This document shows positions 39,531 through 51,535 of a stretch of DNA of 64,000 bases, piece after piece (position 1 is the stretch's first letter; the number at the start of each line of letters is the position of its first letter). Made by a program: the position numbers and the translations under genes. Origin of the DNA: Curvularia clavata. Its lineage: Eukaryota. The stretch covers positions 3,038,001 through 3,102,000 of the forward strand of contig CP089276.1 of the NCBI GenBank assembly GCA_023920165.1, read 5' to 3'. The notes under the pieces were generated by a model, which searched no databases, was not told where the DNA came from, and was given only the letters and a program-made list of their open reading frames with translations.

Positions 39531-40673
39531 CGTTAGACCAATGGAAGCCTTAAAAGCCCGATTGCTGAACATCAAAAGCTTCCCACAAAAAGCGATCAGT
39601 AGGTTCGGATTCTTGACCCACAGAATATGGACGCCATCTCAATAAGGGGTAACAGACTTACTCTGCGAAAGCCCGACTAGAGAAGCCTGCTGCGCGTAAC
39701 ACAATTGATCGAAGTTGCACAAGAATAACTATGCATTTCGTATTATTTGATACAAAATCTTTTCACAACAAAACTGTGGTCAAGCCGATTGCTAGAAAGG
39801 TCTGCATGTTACACAGCCGATGCAGTCATAGGCTTAGTCCTTATACGCTTTCCAAGAAAACTTTACGGCGGGTCTCAATGACGATAGGGGCATTTTTCGA
39901 GGACCATGGTGTTGACGTTGTGGTCACTCCACACAAGGAACCGGTTGGGTATATGCACGCTGACATCAGCATGGCGGGACCTCGGCCAGCCATGCGATCG
40001 GCACTCTCACCCCACAATCGAATCACCCTCATCTAACCACCATCAGCACACAGCTAACTCCACCTAGCCCTGAGCCCCGCAATATTGACACACGATTGGG
40101 CCTCGGCAGCTGCCGTTCTGCCCAGCCGAAACGCTTCCCAAACGGGTCACGGCCGCCAAGTGAGGTTGTAGGACGTGCCGCTCTGCTCTACATGCGCGGC
40201 CGGGAGAGAAGGGGTTCGCGTCCAGCAGCACGGTACGTCAGCGGTCCTTAGACATGAGGACGCGACGCGAGAACGGGTCGGATTGGCCGGGAATGTTCAT
40301 TTGTGTCAGGGAGCCCGGTGATGTCAAGTGTTGTGATTCGTGGCATGATACTGGGCGCGGATGGAGAGACACAGGTGCACAGCCCACTCGTGACCTGCAT
40401 TTCCCCGCACAAGGCTACTTGTATATACAGCCCGCATAGGCCGCGCCTTGGAAGCCCTGCTCCGGAACACATCACGTATTATCACCCATCAACCAAGCAT
40501 CATTCTGCTGAAACCAAACCGCGGCCGATACACTACCTCTTGGCCAAAAGCTCTACCAACTCGCCCACAAACGACAATCCACGAGATATAAGTCAAGCGA
40601 CAACTACCGTGTTTGAGGACATCTTCATCGTACACGGCATTCAATTTTGCCACTACTACCCAAAAACGCCAAC

Positions 40674-41260
40674 ATGTCTTTTCTCCTCCGCACTTCCAGC
40701 CTTGTTCGCCAACGGCTTTTCACTACTTCGACACGTGCTCGTAATGCCATCTCCGTACAAGATGCAGCAGCAGCACACATGGCAGCCACCCCTGGCGCCA
40801 GTGTCGTCCCCAGACTTGGAAGGGTAGCAAGATGGTCAGTCATGTCTCCTGTCTATCTATAACTATCACTGACCAGGTTACCAGGTACCTCCCTACCATG
40901 GCCATGGTAGCCATTGGTATGATCTATCTCCCCAGAGATGCATCATCATCACAGCCTCGCCGGCCACTTACGCTTGGTGATGCTAATGCTAACATAGGTT
41001 TCGGTGTTACCAATGCTCTTAACGACGCCAACCGCAGGGTTCACTCTGCACTAGAGCTTACCCAAGAGCAAAAGAACCAGATGCTCATGGATGCTTATGG
41101 CGAACGCTCCAGCTTGGAGGATATGGAGAGGGCTATCGCTGGTCTGGAGGCCAAAGCCACCCCCAGGAAAGACAGGAACAAGATGCTCGAAGAGGCGTAT
41201 GGTGACAAGACGAGCATCGAGGATCTCCAGAGGGCTATGGAGATTTACGAGGTGCAGTGA
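40674..41260 (+). CDS. Small hypothetical protein, probably mitochondrial and single-pass, with a duplicated AYG motif
   Basis: MSFLLRTSSLVRQRLFTTSTRAR resembles a presequence; intron 40835-40884 gives RWYLPTMAMVAIG; probable second intron 40917-40997. Confidence 0.65.
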
Positions 41261-42035
41261 GCGAATCAGGTGCTGGTGTAGGAAATCAGGGGGAGAAGAA
41301 ATGACCAGCTTCGCAAGAAGGCACGAGGGCAAAAGACCCTGAAGCACAGGACCCCAAACAAGGGACCGAGGAAATCCATGCGCTGCGCGCCATGGAGCCA
41401 CACCACCAGGCCACGAGCAACGGTCTACACAGTATTCAATCTGTCCCGGCTTGTGTACCTCGAGAAGTGGACATACAGAGAGAAAGATCATCTCAACATT
41501 CAGCATAGCATGCATCAAGCATTTTCATAGCATTCAGCGTTAAAAGACCCAAGGATAAAATGGGCTACGATCATGTATTATTATCAACTTACCAACAATT
41601 CATCATTGCCATAACCGAACGTCCAACCTACTTTTTTTTTCGTGGGCCACAGAAAAAAAAATACTGTTAAACGATTCTGATATCTTTCTTCTCTAGCAAC
41701 TCGTACATTTTCGATTTCGGTGTGAAAAAAGGGACCGAAGTTGCCTCCCGGCTTTGCCCGGTCGGCCGCGCTCACGGCAACGCAAATGGTCGTCGTATAC
41801 TGGCAAAAAGGGGCCCTTGCTTCTCCCCACATCCCGACGCAAAGCGCTCCCTGTTTCCTGTGTATGCAAAGAGGAAAAATGGTATATGTCAACTTGTAAA
41901 TCTTCTCTTTTTAAAAGAAATTGAGCCGCGCGAAACGACAAAGCGATCCAGTGGTAGAAGACCGCTCGGCATTCGATAAGTGTTGAGTCCATGTAGCGAT
42001 CAATTAACGGGTCAATTCTGATTTGCATTTCTATT

Positions 42036-44445
42036 TTACTCCTCTTTATCCGTCTTAACAAAGCTCCAAACCTCTCTCCAAAAGCCTCTTCCCATTCTCA
42101 CAGGCCTGCGTTCCAAAATCTGTCTAATCCGCGCCCGCTCATTACTCCTTGCCATTTCAGCCTCAATCTCCTCCTGCATATCCGTGTCCGGATTCGCGTT
42201 GACATTGACATTCCACAGTCCTTCTTCCTTGAACGGATCATGAAACATGTTGTGAGTAGCAGTAACAGTACCAGCAATAGTGGGACTAGCCAGAACGCTT
42301 CCATTATCGGCATCCATCTCGTAAGAGTCAAAGCGGGGTCTTGGAATAGGAGGGACGGTTTCTGTGCCTTCGAGCTCGATGCACGAGAGGTCTTGTAGTA
42401 CGTAGTCTTCTACTGTGAGATTGCGGATGTCGACGCGGGATGTGCGCGGATAGATGTACTTGTAGGATAGGTAAAGGGAGATGAATAGGAAGGGCCCGAT
42501 GTATGCGCCTAGAACGTCAAAAGCGAGGCTGACGGTTGGCTTGAGACGCTCGGTAGAGGTAAGACTGCCTTTTGTAACAAGGATAAGTAGGGGCGGTATG
42601 CCAGACCATACAACTACGAAGGCGCTTCCGATAATGCCAATGTAGGCTGGAAGAGGCTGCCACCGGGACTTGAACAATCGCGACTTGTAAAGCGGGTGGT
42701 TTCGCCCGAAAATCTTTCGTTTCGCCAAACGGTCGAGGCCGGCTTTGAAGCGAAGAAATGTTATGCAGAGGCAGAGATTGATGCATGTCGCTGTTCCTGT
42801 GTACAATTGAGATAATGTGATGCGTGGCTGTGCCCCAGACTTATCAGCCAAGCCGATGAGTGAAAGGAAACCCAATGCTGAGCATAGCAGAATCGCTGCG
42901 AGGGGAGTGTGGCCATTGTTAGTTCGACCGAAAATGTTAGCGATCTTCCTTGGAAGGTATTGTTGCGATAGCATGAAGACGCTTCGAGAGGCCGCATACA
43001 AATCAGTGTTTGCAGTTGTGTACGCAGACAAGATAAAAAGCGCATTCAGGACCTTTGGTAAGGCATGAAGTGACGATTCTTCAGCTGCGATGACAAAAGC
43101 TGATCTTGTAGCGCCTTCGCCTCTTGCCCATATCTTGGCCAGCTGTGGGTTTGCATAGTTGACGTTGGATCCAGCAGCCAGCATGGCGAAAGGGTAAATG
43201 CTGAGGGGCACGATGTATACGAAAGATATCGTGACGGGCACATCTTTCCAAGGGTCCTTCGCTTCGCCCGCAGTCATTGCGACAAGATCGCTTCCGAAAC
43301 AAGAGAACATGGCGAGAGTGATTGAAGTGCTTTATCGAATGTTAGCTCGAATATCGCTGGCTCATTTCAGGCACCCACATAAACGCAAACAAGACACCTC
43401 CAGGCCCAGAAATTCCAAAAGCATCATCCGGGACTCCTGTGATCTTGAGGGGATCGGCAATGGTGTTGTCATGTCCAATCGGTTTCCAATCGGGGGTGAA
43501 CGCATGGGTCGTATAGTCTGCGACACGAGTTAGCGTCAATGACGTGAATGTGGGACATATACACTTACTCCCATAATATTTCCCTTCCCTTGGACCTCCG
43601 CCTAGATAAGGTTAGAAGCGTTTTCGCAGTTCCACATGAGCTCGACACCATACCTCCAAGGTTAAGCACCACCATCATTATGCAGACAAGTACAAGCAAG
43701 CTTATCTTGAACCACATAACCACCTAAACACAACATATTAGACTGAACGGACAAGGGATCTTTCAAAATGACATACTCGCTCTATCTTGCCGTAAAGCTG
43801 GTCGATGTAAGTTTCAAGCCGCACTCGTCATTTTCGATTTCCCACTGACCTTGACACCAAGACAATGCGAAAGCGTCGTTAGAGCAATAAATGCAATGTT
43901 TATAGCTGTTTCAGCGCCTATGGAGTGCGGTTTTTGATCGCTTTTCAGCAGCGCAGTAAGCTCTGCCGAGTGCGCTGTGAGCGTAGCCATTGCACAGATT
44001 TTCCCCAATCTTTGCATTCGTTAGTTTACTGCCTAGATATGAAACGATAAAACATACCCATACATGGCTGCGACGGCGAAGCCACATGCAGGATCTAAAA
44101 AAGTATGTGGTAGATCTATGAGGGATCCGGTCAATGGTCGACATGTCACCATCTCAGTAAGAGTGTACCTTTCACATGTTTAGCTCAACTTTTTTCGAAG
44201 TGATAAGTTGTGGTTTCTTCTTACATGACACAAGCAACGATTCCTCCCGCCACGGCATAGCTGATGGCAGCTCCAAGTGATCCCGTGGTAGCTATTAGGG
44301 CACCGGATGTGATGAAGATGCCTCCGCCGATGCAGCCAGAGATACCAATACCAGCAAGCTGAGGCCGGCTGAGGACGCGGTCGAGGTGCTCAGAGTGCGT
44401 TACATAGTATGGCGATCGATCTAGCGGTCGTTCTTCCTCATCCAT
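42036..44445 (-). CDS. Amino acid permease (APC superfamily), divergent, many short exons
   Basis: LDRVLSRPQL.GIGISGCIGGGIF..SG, EMVTCRP..GS, LYGKIE, AGEAKDP, SAFVIA, LYAASR, GHTP.AA, SRWQP; at least 7 GT-AG introns. Confidence 0.85.
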
Positions 44446-45258
44446 GTTGCCTATCAAGTCAGGGACGACAGCGAGGCTGGAACGTAGTTTAGGCGGACCG
44501 TGGAAATGGGGGCTGTAAGCGAGACAGCTCAAGTCTTCACATTACAAGAGCATGCTGCAACGGTTCAAGGCAACAATTTTGGAATAAGCGGCCCCATCCA
44601 CCAGCCTGGTTCCCGGACATGCCAACTTAATGTACTGTGCACCATTTCTGTCGCTCAAGACCAAGACTACAAACTCACCCGCCTTCGCTTCTGCCTGCTG
44701 AATCTTCAATCAATAGGAAGATCTCGGCCTAGAAGTAGTATATTGGCACACGACTTGGCTTCACGGTGATTGGCCGGAACTGTGGGAATTCCGAGCGGGG
44801 TCTTTGAGCTTGCGTCGGGTTGTACACGTGAAGTTGGTAGATGGCACTAAAAGCGCCACAGCCAGATCTGACTGGTGTTCAAGTGCATTCAGTATCACAG
44901 CCACGCTGGGTACGGCCTCCCGGTGTACGCTTTTGGACACATTCTGTACAAGTTGGCAACGCTTCAAATTGCTTATTGGGCCGTTTGCACATCTTGGAAG
45001 CCACTATCTTGAGGGCCAAGCAAAGGATGGTTCCTACGTTGAGTTCTGTGGGCCGAGGCCTATGCACAACGCAATTAAGATCTGGTCATCGCAACTGATA
45101 ACAGCCGCCGTATCTGACCCCAGGATACGGGCTGACCGTCCATTTGAGGCGTTCGCCTTTCCGCTGCTTCACTCAGAAAGGCCCGCCATGGTCCATGCGC
45201 TGACTGCCGTTCACCACTTCCTTGTTCTCATGGCATCCTTGAGTCGTGCTCCTTGACG

Positions 45259-46693
45259 ATGTCGATTTCAAGCGATTCTTCGCACCCCTCAGCGCGTCGG
45301 TTTTCCCTAGCAGTTGAAAACTTCCAGATATTCTCAGCTTCGTCCGGTTCGCATTCGGAAACTCGCTTGCAGCAGCCTGGCCAGAAGTTCTTATCCAAAC
45401 CGTATGATGTCGCAACGTCCATCTCACCATCAGGCTGGGTCGCCGTGTGTTCTTTGAAGCAAGTCCGGTTATACAATGTGCGAAATGAGAACCAAAGTAA
45501 AGATATTCCGCTCAAAGCTGAGCTGAGCGTCTCTATGTCTCATAGGGACGAGAAGATACGGGGTATTGCTTTGTCAGAAGACTTGCTCGCTGTAATCACA
45601 CACAGACGGTTGCTGGTCTATGACGAATATCGCCGGAATGGCGGTGACGTACCTGTTTTAGTCAAGGAACAGCGTATCGATCAGAATGAGTGCTGGACCC
45701 CACGATCTGTGTCGATTTCGCAAAACGGTGGTCCATCTATCCAAGGTGGGGCTACAGCGAGCATAGCGGTAGGAGGAGAAGGGACTAGCGGCGTGAAGAT
45801 CTTCAGATACATTTATATGCAAGGCTGGAATGTCGAAAACCACTGCACAACGTTGATGTGCCCACAGAACAACGGAGCGATCAAGATCGTTGGCTTTTCA
45901 CCACGTCGGAGCGATGCGCTACAAGGACCGATGGCTTTTGCTGTGTCAACAGGAAACCGCATGTACTGTTGGGACGTCAGTAGACAGATCAGTTCCAAAT
46001 CAACGCTTCGGCTGGACCCGGTTTGGCACCTCAACTGCAACTCGAGTAGCAGCGAACGCGTGAGTGGTCTCGATGGGTATTTTCTGCAGGACTAAATTCA
46101 TGTAGGCTTTTCGCGACGAGATCTCGACGGCGACTTTAATGGTCTCTCCAACAGGAAGACCTTATATTCTCTGTACCGTAAATCACAAGCCAGGATCGAG
46201 CCTCCCTCCAACATTCACCGTACCAATCGACACTTTCGAAAGCAGTCCACAGGCTCTCCGCCAGCAGATAAAACCACTCCCTGACAGCGTTGTGGGACCA
46301 AGCGTTCTTGCCGGCACAGCATCTTGTAATGGCCGTTTTGTGGTGCTAGTAGAGAAAGGTCACAGCGAAGTCAGCATGAAACTGTTGACTCTCCGTGCAG
46401 CACCCATGGGCGGCTTGACGAGCTCAGCTGTTGGTATGCTGTCATGGACCGTCAAACTGCGGGCCAGCGGCAGCGACGCATCAACGATATCCATCTCCAT
46501 CTCGGAACAAAATGCCGCGCTCGAGGTCATCGCAGTCGATGGACAAGGACATGTCGTGTGCTCGAGAATCAGCGTACCAGAGATGCTGCAAAACCGATTA
46601 GGGTACCTTGCACCACCACCAAGACATGCAGCGCCTTATGAACTCGCAGCTTCGGATGACCCTGTGGACCGTATTGATATCATTCCAGGCTGA
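45259..46693 (+). CDS. Hypothetical protein with beta-propeller (WD40-like) features, 2 exons
   Basis: Intron 46060-46105 joins the two ORFs in frame; blade-like segments SISPSG.VAV..VRLY, GIALS..LLAV..LLVYD, VGFSP..MYCWD, ASCNGRFVVLV. Confidence 0.65.
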
Positions 46694-47599
46694 AGCTTTG
46701 TAAGCTTGTGATCAACGAACGAAACGAGGTTTGTCTTGAATTCGGCACGGAACCTAACAAAGATCGATATTTTTCGAGATCAAGAAGAGAGCCGGTTGGG
46801 GCACAACGGAGCAAGAAGGATTATGGGTTAAGTTGGGATAGGGTCGCCCAAAAATGTGCGCTTGCCAAGGTAGTCAGGTTTTGTTCGGTCGGATGTAGCA
46901 TTCGCACTCCAGAGACGACGTCAGCTTCTTCCAAACACGCGATCCATCTGAGAAGCCAGGATCAGAAAAGACCAGAATACATTCTGTGAGAGAAGCAGAT
47001 ATTCTAGTTTCTTACTGTCTCGTACGAGACTCTGCTTTATCTAGCTTTCTTGTTCGAAAGTCAGGAACTGGCAGCCCACATGTTTTCCATGGAATCGAGG
47101 GAGGGGCGACAAAACGTGTGCTCTTTGTATATCTTGTACTGTCAATGAAGAGGAGGCGCTTCGCGAGACGCGGTTGAGTGGGGATGTGGTGGCGATGAAT
47201 CCTAGGACATGTAATAAGACGATTCGCTTCGCATGAGTAAGGTGTGACACCAAATCTACGCCGAATTATTGTTAGTGAGATTGGATACTTAGCCTCCTGC
47301 ATTTCCAGTGTAAAGGTTGAGGATTAGACTTGGCGGCTGAAGAAGAACGCGGAGGTTGTGCATTGAACGCAGTAGTAGCCATTTGGTGTGATGTTTGTTG
47401 TTTTACAAAGTTGCTTAATGGATACATCTTAATCTTTAATAATGCTAGCCGCAAGTGGTGAGATGGTATTTCGTCTCTTGATTGCTAAGCTGTGTCATCG
47501 TCTTATAGTTTCATAAGATCCTAGGTGATCATCATGTGTCTCATACAATTCTTATACAGTAATGATACAATCCGCTTCTTTTCTTCAACATCATCCTTC

Positions 47600-48626
47600 T
47601 CAAGCCTTTGCAGTCTCCGTAGCCATGAGTCTGCTTGGCGACTTGACCAAGCCTGCTTCATCTCCAGGGCTGCCTCGGAATGTCCATCCGCCGTTGGCCA
47701 CTTCGTCATCAGTGGCATTGTCCAATCTCTTCAACTCTCTTCTCATGTATCCCACGATCTGAGCCAGCTTCTCAAAATCAACGTCCTCCTTGGCGCCGAG
47801 CAGATTTCTCCAGATGGCAGCTGCAAGCATAGCGTCGCCCTTCATCAAACCCTCGTCGTAGGAAAGGAGGACTGCACGCCACTGCGAGAACATGTCCTTG
47901 AGATACTTCTGGCGCAGCGAGTTGGCGTTGAACTTGTGCCACACCACGAGGCGGTCTTCGGCAGCGTAGAAGGCGTGGTTAGTGAGATGCTGGATCCAGA
48001 CGGGAGCGTGCGTTGAGGGAAACATGCGGAAGCGAACTTGTAGCATATACATGTGGAGGAAGGTGATTTGCGCCCAATTGGAGAAGGTGGGCTTTAATCC
48101 GAGGGCTGTGTAATTGGTGAGCTAGGGCTTGCGCGCAGGCCGTCAGAAGGAGTTGCTTACTGTCGTACCACCACCCCTCGCCCTCTCCTAGGTGGACTCC
48201 ATTCTCGTCTACTGGTATCTCTCCGCGCTTTACCAGGGCCTGGGGGATCTTGTACTCGCCGGGCTTGGTGCACTCCTTGATCAGGTCTCGTGTTGCGCCA
48301 TATGCGACATAGGTCTCGGTCATGAGCGGGGCCTTTTCACGCAGTTTCTGCGCCAGTCCAGTCACACCAGAGGCAACCGTGGGATGCGGCTTCTTGATTG
48401 CCTCTGGCCTGACGTCTGCTGACCGGTTGTGTGAGGCATGGTAAAAGGCCGGAGTCGTGGCGGAGAAGGCTCGTTGCGCTTGGCGAAGAGATAATTTATT
48501 CACTCGCTGCAGACGTCAGTCGGGGCAAGCACTATTGGCTAGGCAGAGGCTGTGTACCTGTATATGCGGCGCGGAGGACCTGAGTAAGGCACGAGAGCAG
48601 GCTGAGCACATGTAGTTCGAGGCCAT
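47600..48626 (-). CDS. CBP3: Ubiquinol-cytochrome c reductase assembly chaperone Cbp3, 3 exons
   Basis: TETYVAYG.T..L..EC, FSNWAQITFLHMY.L.VR.R, QWRA.LLSYDEGL..GDA.LAAA.WRNL. Confidence 0.88.
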
Positions 48627-49137
48627 TGCGGGCGAGGTTGGATGCAGAAGCAGTCTTTGCCTGAATAGACGGGTGGAGTTGGGGAAGTCGCGAGTCGCGC
48701 GCCTTCTATCTATGACGGCACCACCCTGGTTAATATGGCGATCCAATGAGCGTCACGACAGAACGCCTCCAGTAAACGGTTATCAGGAATAAGCTCACGT
48801 CAAGCTTCATCAGCTCCTCGTTTAAGATTGGGGTATTTCGCTGACAGACCAGGCCTGCCGTCGCAGCCTACCCTGCGTGCGCGAATATACAGAGTACAGG
48901 GCTGTGTGCCCAATGAGTGACATAGGGCGGTGCCAGATGCGGCGCTGCCAACATGGGAGCTCTAGCTCTCAGTCGAGACCCCTGGCGCTTGGTATGCAGG
49001 TGCCGAGACCGGGGACGCGGCCGGGGAATAAGGGTGCCATTGCATCTTCTCCTCAGTCAGCTGCTGCTTTATAACACACCCCTTTCCCATCACTTGGGTT
49101 GCATCGGCCAGATTGCACAGGAGACTCATCCATTCAC

Positions 49138-50592
49138 ATGGACACCGAGGGGCCTTTCGCTGGCCGAAGAGCCAACCGCAGAGACAATCCCGTCTACATC
49201 CATCTGTCCGGCTCGCCGCCGTCCTTCACTGCTGGCGATCACGTGAGCGGCGCCATCCTGCTTTCTCCAGTACGCTCTACTCGCATCAGCATAGCTCTGA
49301 GGGGCTTCTCCGTTGTTCCCCACTCCTCGGCCAAGGCTGTACACATTGAATTCTATCGGGAATGCCAGGACTTGTTCGTCTCACCTAGCGGCGGCGAGGA
49401 GCTTGATCTGCTGCCCAAGAGCTCAATCATCCCTGGACGACTAGAGCTACCCTTTTCTCTGACCTTTGCGCGACATGCGAACCTTCCGCCGCCCACGGAT
49501 AGGAACTGGCTTCATCCCGACGACTCATACAATCACCCCCGATTCCAACACTCTCCAGGATTCCAGCTGCCCCCGAGCTGTTCTACACCCGCCTCTGCCA
49601 ATATCCAAATCGTGTACCAGCTCGAGGCGACTCTAGAAAATTCCACGCCCAATGGACTTCCTGTGAGAGTACGCCAAGAACTCAAGTACATTCCATCTCC
49701 GCCTAACATACATCCTGCACTCCTCGAACCAGACTTGAACTTTGGCACGAAGCTGCCCAAACACTGCAGCCGCGAGAAGTTGATCCGCTCGCGCAAGTTG
49801 TACCATGACTATGAAGAGAGGTCCAGCAAGCTCATAAAGATCAAGGACAAACTGGTTGACAAGGAATTACTCTTTGGTGTCCAAAGCTTGGCCGAAATTC
49901 CATATGCCAAGTTTAGCATATCGGCGACTCCTGCTAGTGTACTGGTCATTGGCTCACAGATTCCCGCCATCATCACCATCAAGCATCTACAGCGTTCCGA
50001 GTCAATCGCGAATCCGCCTGATTTGTTCGTACGTCGTGTGAAAGTGCAACTCAACTCAGCTTACAACATTTTCATGCCCGGTGACCTGACCGGCCGCCAA
50101 ACAAAGAAGCCGTCTCTACACACAGAAAGAGGCCAAGTCTTGCTCTATGATAAGAAGTATGAGCAGGGTGAGGGACAGCCATTGTACGATGGGCTCCCCC
50201 TCTCCGACATAGCAAATGTTAGCCTCACAGGTCACGACATTGTTCCCAGCTTCACAACCTATGGCCTCAATCTGGAGTACGAGTTGCAAATCGAAATCAC
50301 TGGCAGGTGCGTCGATCGAGAATGGTCTGGCATCGTGTGCACTCAACCCGTACACCTTGTCACTGCGCCATCGGCATCCATTCCATTGCCAATTGGGGAT
50401 CATGATGCAGTCTACGATTTGGATTTCAGACCCATCTACCACGAAGTGGATCCCATGGAACAACCCTACGACTCCGATGCGAGCTTGGAAGCTCAAGAGC
50501 GAGGAGCCACGCCTCTGGAATACGAGTTTTACTCGAGACACATGGCACCGCCTGCAGTGGATACAGTACCTCCACCTGAATATACACCATAG
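49138..50592 (+). CDS. Arrestin-like (alpha-arrestin-type) protein
   Basis: F..GD.VSG.I, ELPFSLTF, LPPS, I.YQLEA.L, PSFTTY.L...YEL.I, and C-terminal PPPEY (PPxY) motif. Confidence 0.7.
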   Translation: MDTEGPFAGRRANRRDNPVYIHLSGSPPSFTAGDHVSGAILLSPVRSTRISIALRGFSVVPHSSAKAVHIEFYRECQDLFVSPSGGEELDLLPKSSIIPGRLELPFSLTFARHANLPPPTDRNWLHPDDSYNHPRFQHSPGFQLPPSCSTPASANIQIVYQLEATLENSTPNGLPVRVRQELKYIPSPPNIHPALLEPDLNFGTKLPKHCSREKLIRSRKLYHDYEERSSKLIKIKDKLVDKELLFGVQSLAEIPYAKFSISATPASVLVIGSQIPAIITIKHLQRSESIANPPDLFVRRVKVQLNSAYNIFMPGDLTGRQTKKPSLHTERGQVLLYDKKYEQGEGQPLYDGLPLSDIANVSLTGHDIVPSFTTYGLNLEYELQIEITGRCVDREWSGIVCTQPVHLVTAPSASIPLPIGDHDAVYDLDFRPIYHEVDPMEQPYDSDASLEAQERGATPLEYEFYSRHMAPPAVDTVPPPEYTP

Positions 50593-51535
50593 TGCAACCC
50601 TTCTGGCCTTAAATTTCTCTAAAGTATGATCTACCAAGCCACCACAACTACCACGTTTCTTGGAATTGCACCATCGAACTCCTGGCTGCTACCTACGTCA
50701 GTTGAAGAGTGCGATGTTCCTCCTACGTCAAGTTGGGATGTGAGACCTTGTCTTTGGCTTAGCTTACGTAGGGTCGCTGCTTCTTGCAAACATGATGCTG
50801 AGGTAGTGCTGTAAGGTCTGCAACTTTTTTTCAAGAGCAGACAAGGCTAGTTGTTCTTCCAGTAACACTGTCAAACGAGCATGCAATCAAAGGGGATTTG
50901 CGCTAGGGATGAACAAAATCGAGAGAATCATTTTGGATGATTGAATGAAGTTCCACAGGTAACCGAATCACGATGCACATGAGGGAATCAAACGTGGAGG
51001 CTTTTCTTTCGGGGTTGGCAGGCAGCTTTGTTTCTGCATAAACATTGTTGAGAAACGCGTGTGCGAAGTTCAAGAAAGCAAAGAAAATTGCAATGTATAT
51101 CAAAGGATTCGCGTAGCAAACAATAAACACAATTCAGACACTGCACATGCCTGTGAAAAGGCTGTGAGGAATATTGGATCCCGAGACTTCTTATCAGTTC
51201 AGTGATGGTTTCCTCAGTGACAAAGCACTGCTGCGCTCAAGTTGCGAACCAAAGAGGACCACCAAATTACAATAAATGAATACAAATATCAAGCGGCATG
51301 AGCAGTTATATGTGCCCATCGTTCTAAAAACGTGCGATCTAAAGACGAGGCTGTGACCGCGTTGTGATGGCCATGTTGGCTTACATAACCAGCTAGACGT
51401 GAATCTTGGCGCGTAGGCAGCATCACGTTCACAGTAGTCGCGAACGAGTTCACCTGGCTCTGCGCTAACTCTCACTCTCACTTCTCACAACACCAAAATC
51501 TACGTGGCGTTGCGAGCGAATAACACATCTTCAAA

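Noticed and set aside
34200..39700. Transposon or RIP signature around the NLR
   Set aside because: I saw no terminal repeats, target-site duplications or transposase motifs; RIP indices would have to be computed.
44804..45256. 150-aa ORF upstream of the beta-propeller gene
   Set aside because: Non-ATG start, no motifs and no clear splice link to the downstream gene.
50692..50735. CCTACGTCA direct repeat (CRE-like)
   Set aside because: Only two 9-bp copies, in a 3' region; chance cannot be excluded.
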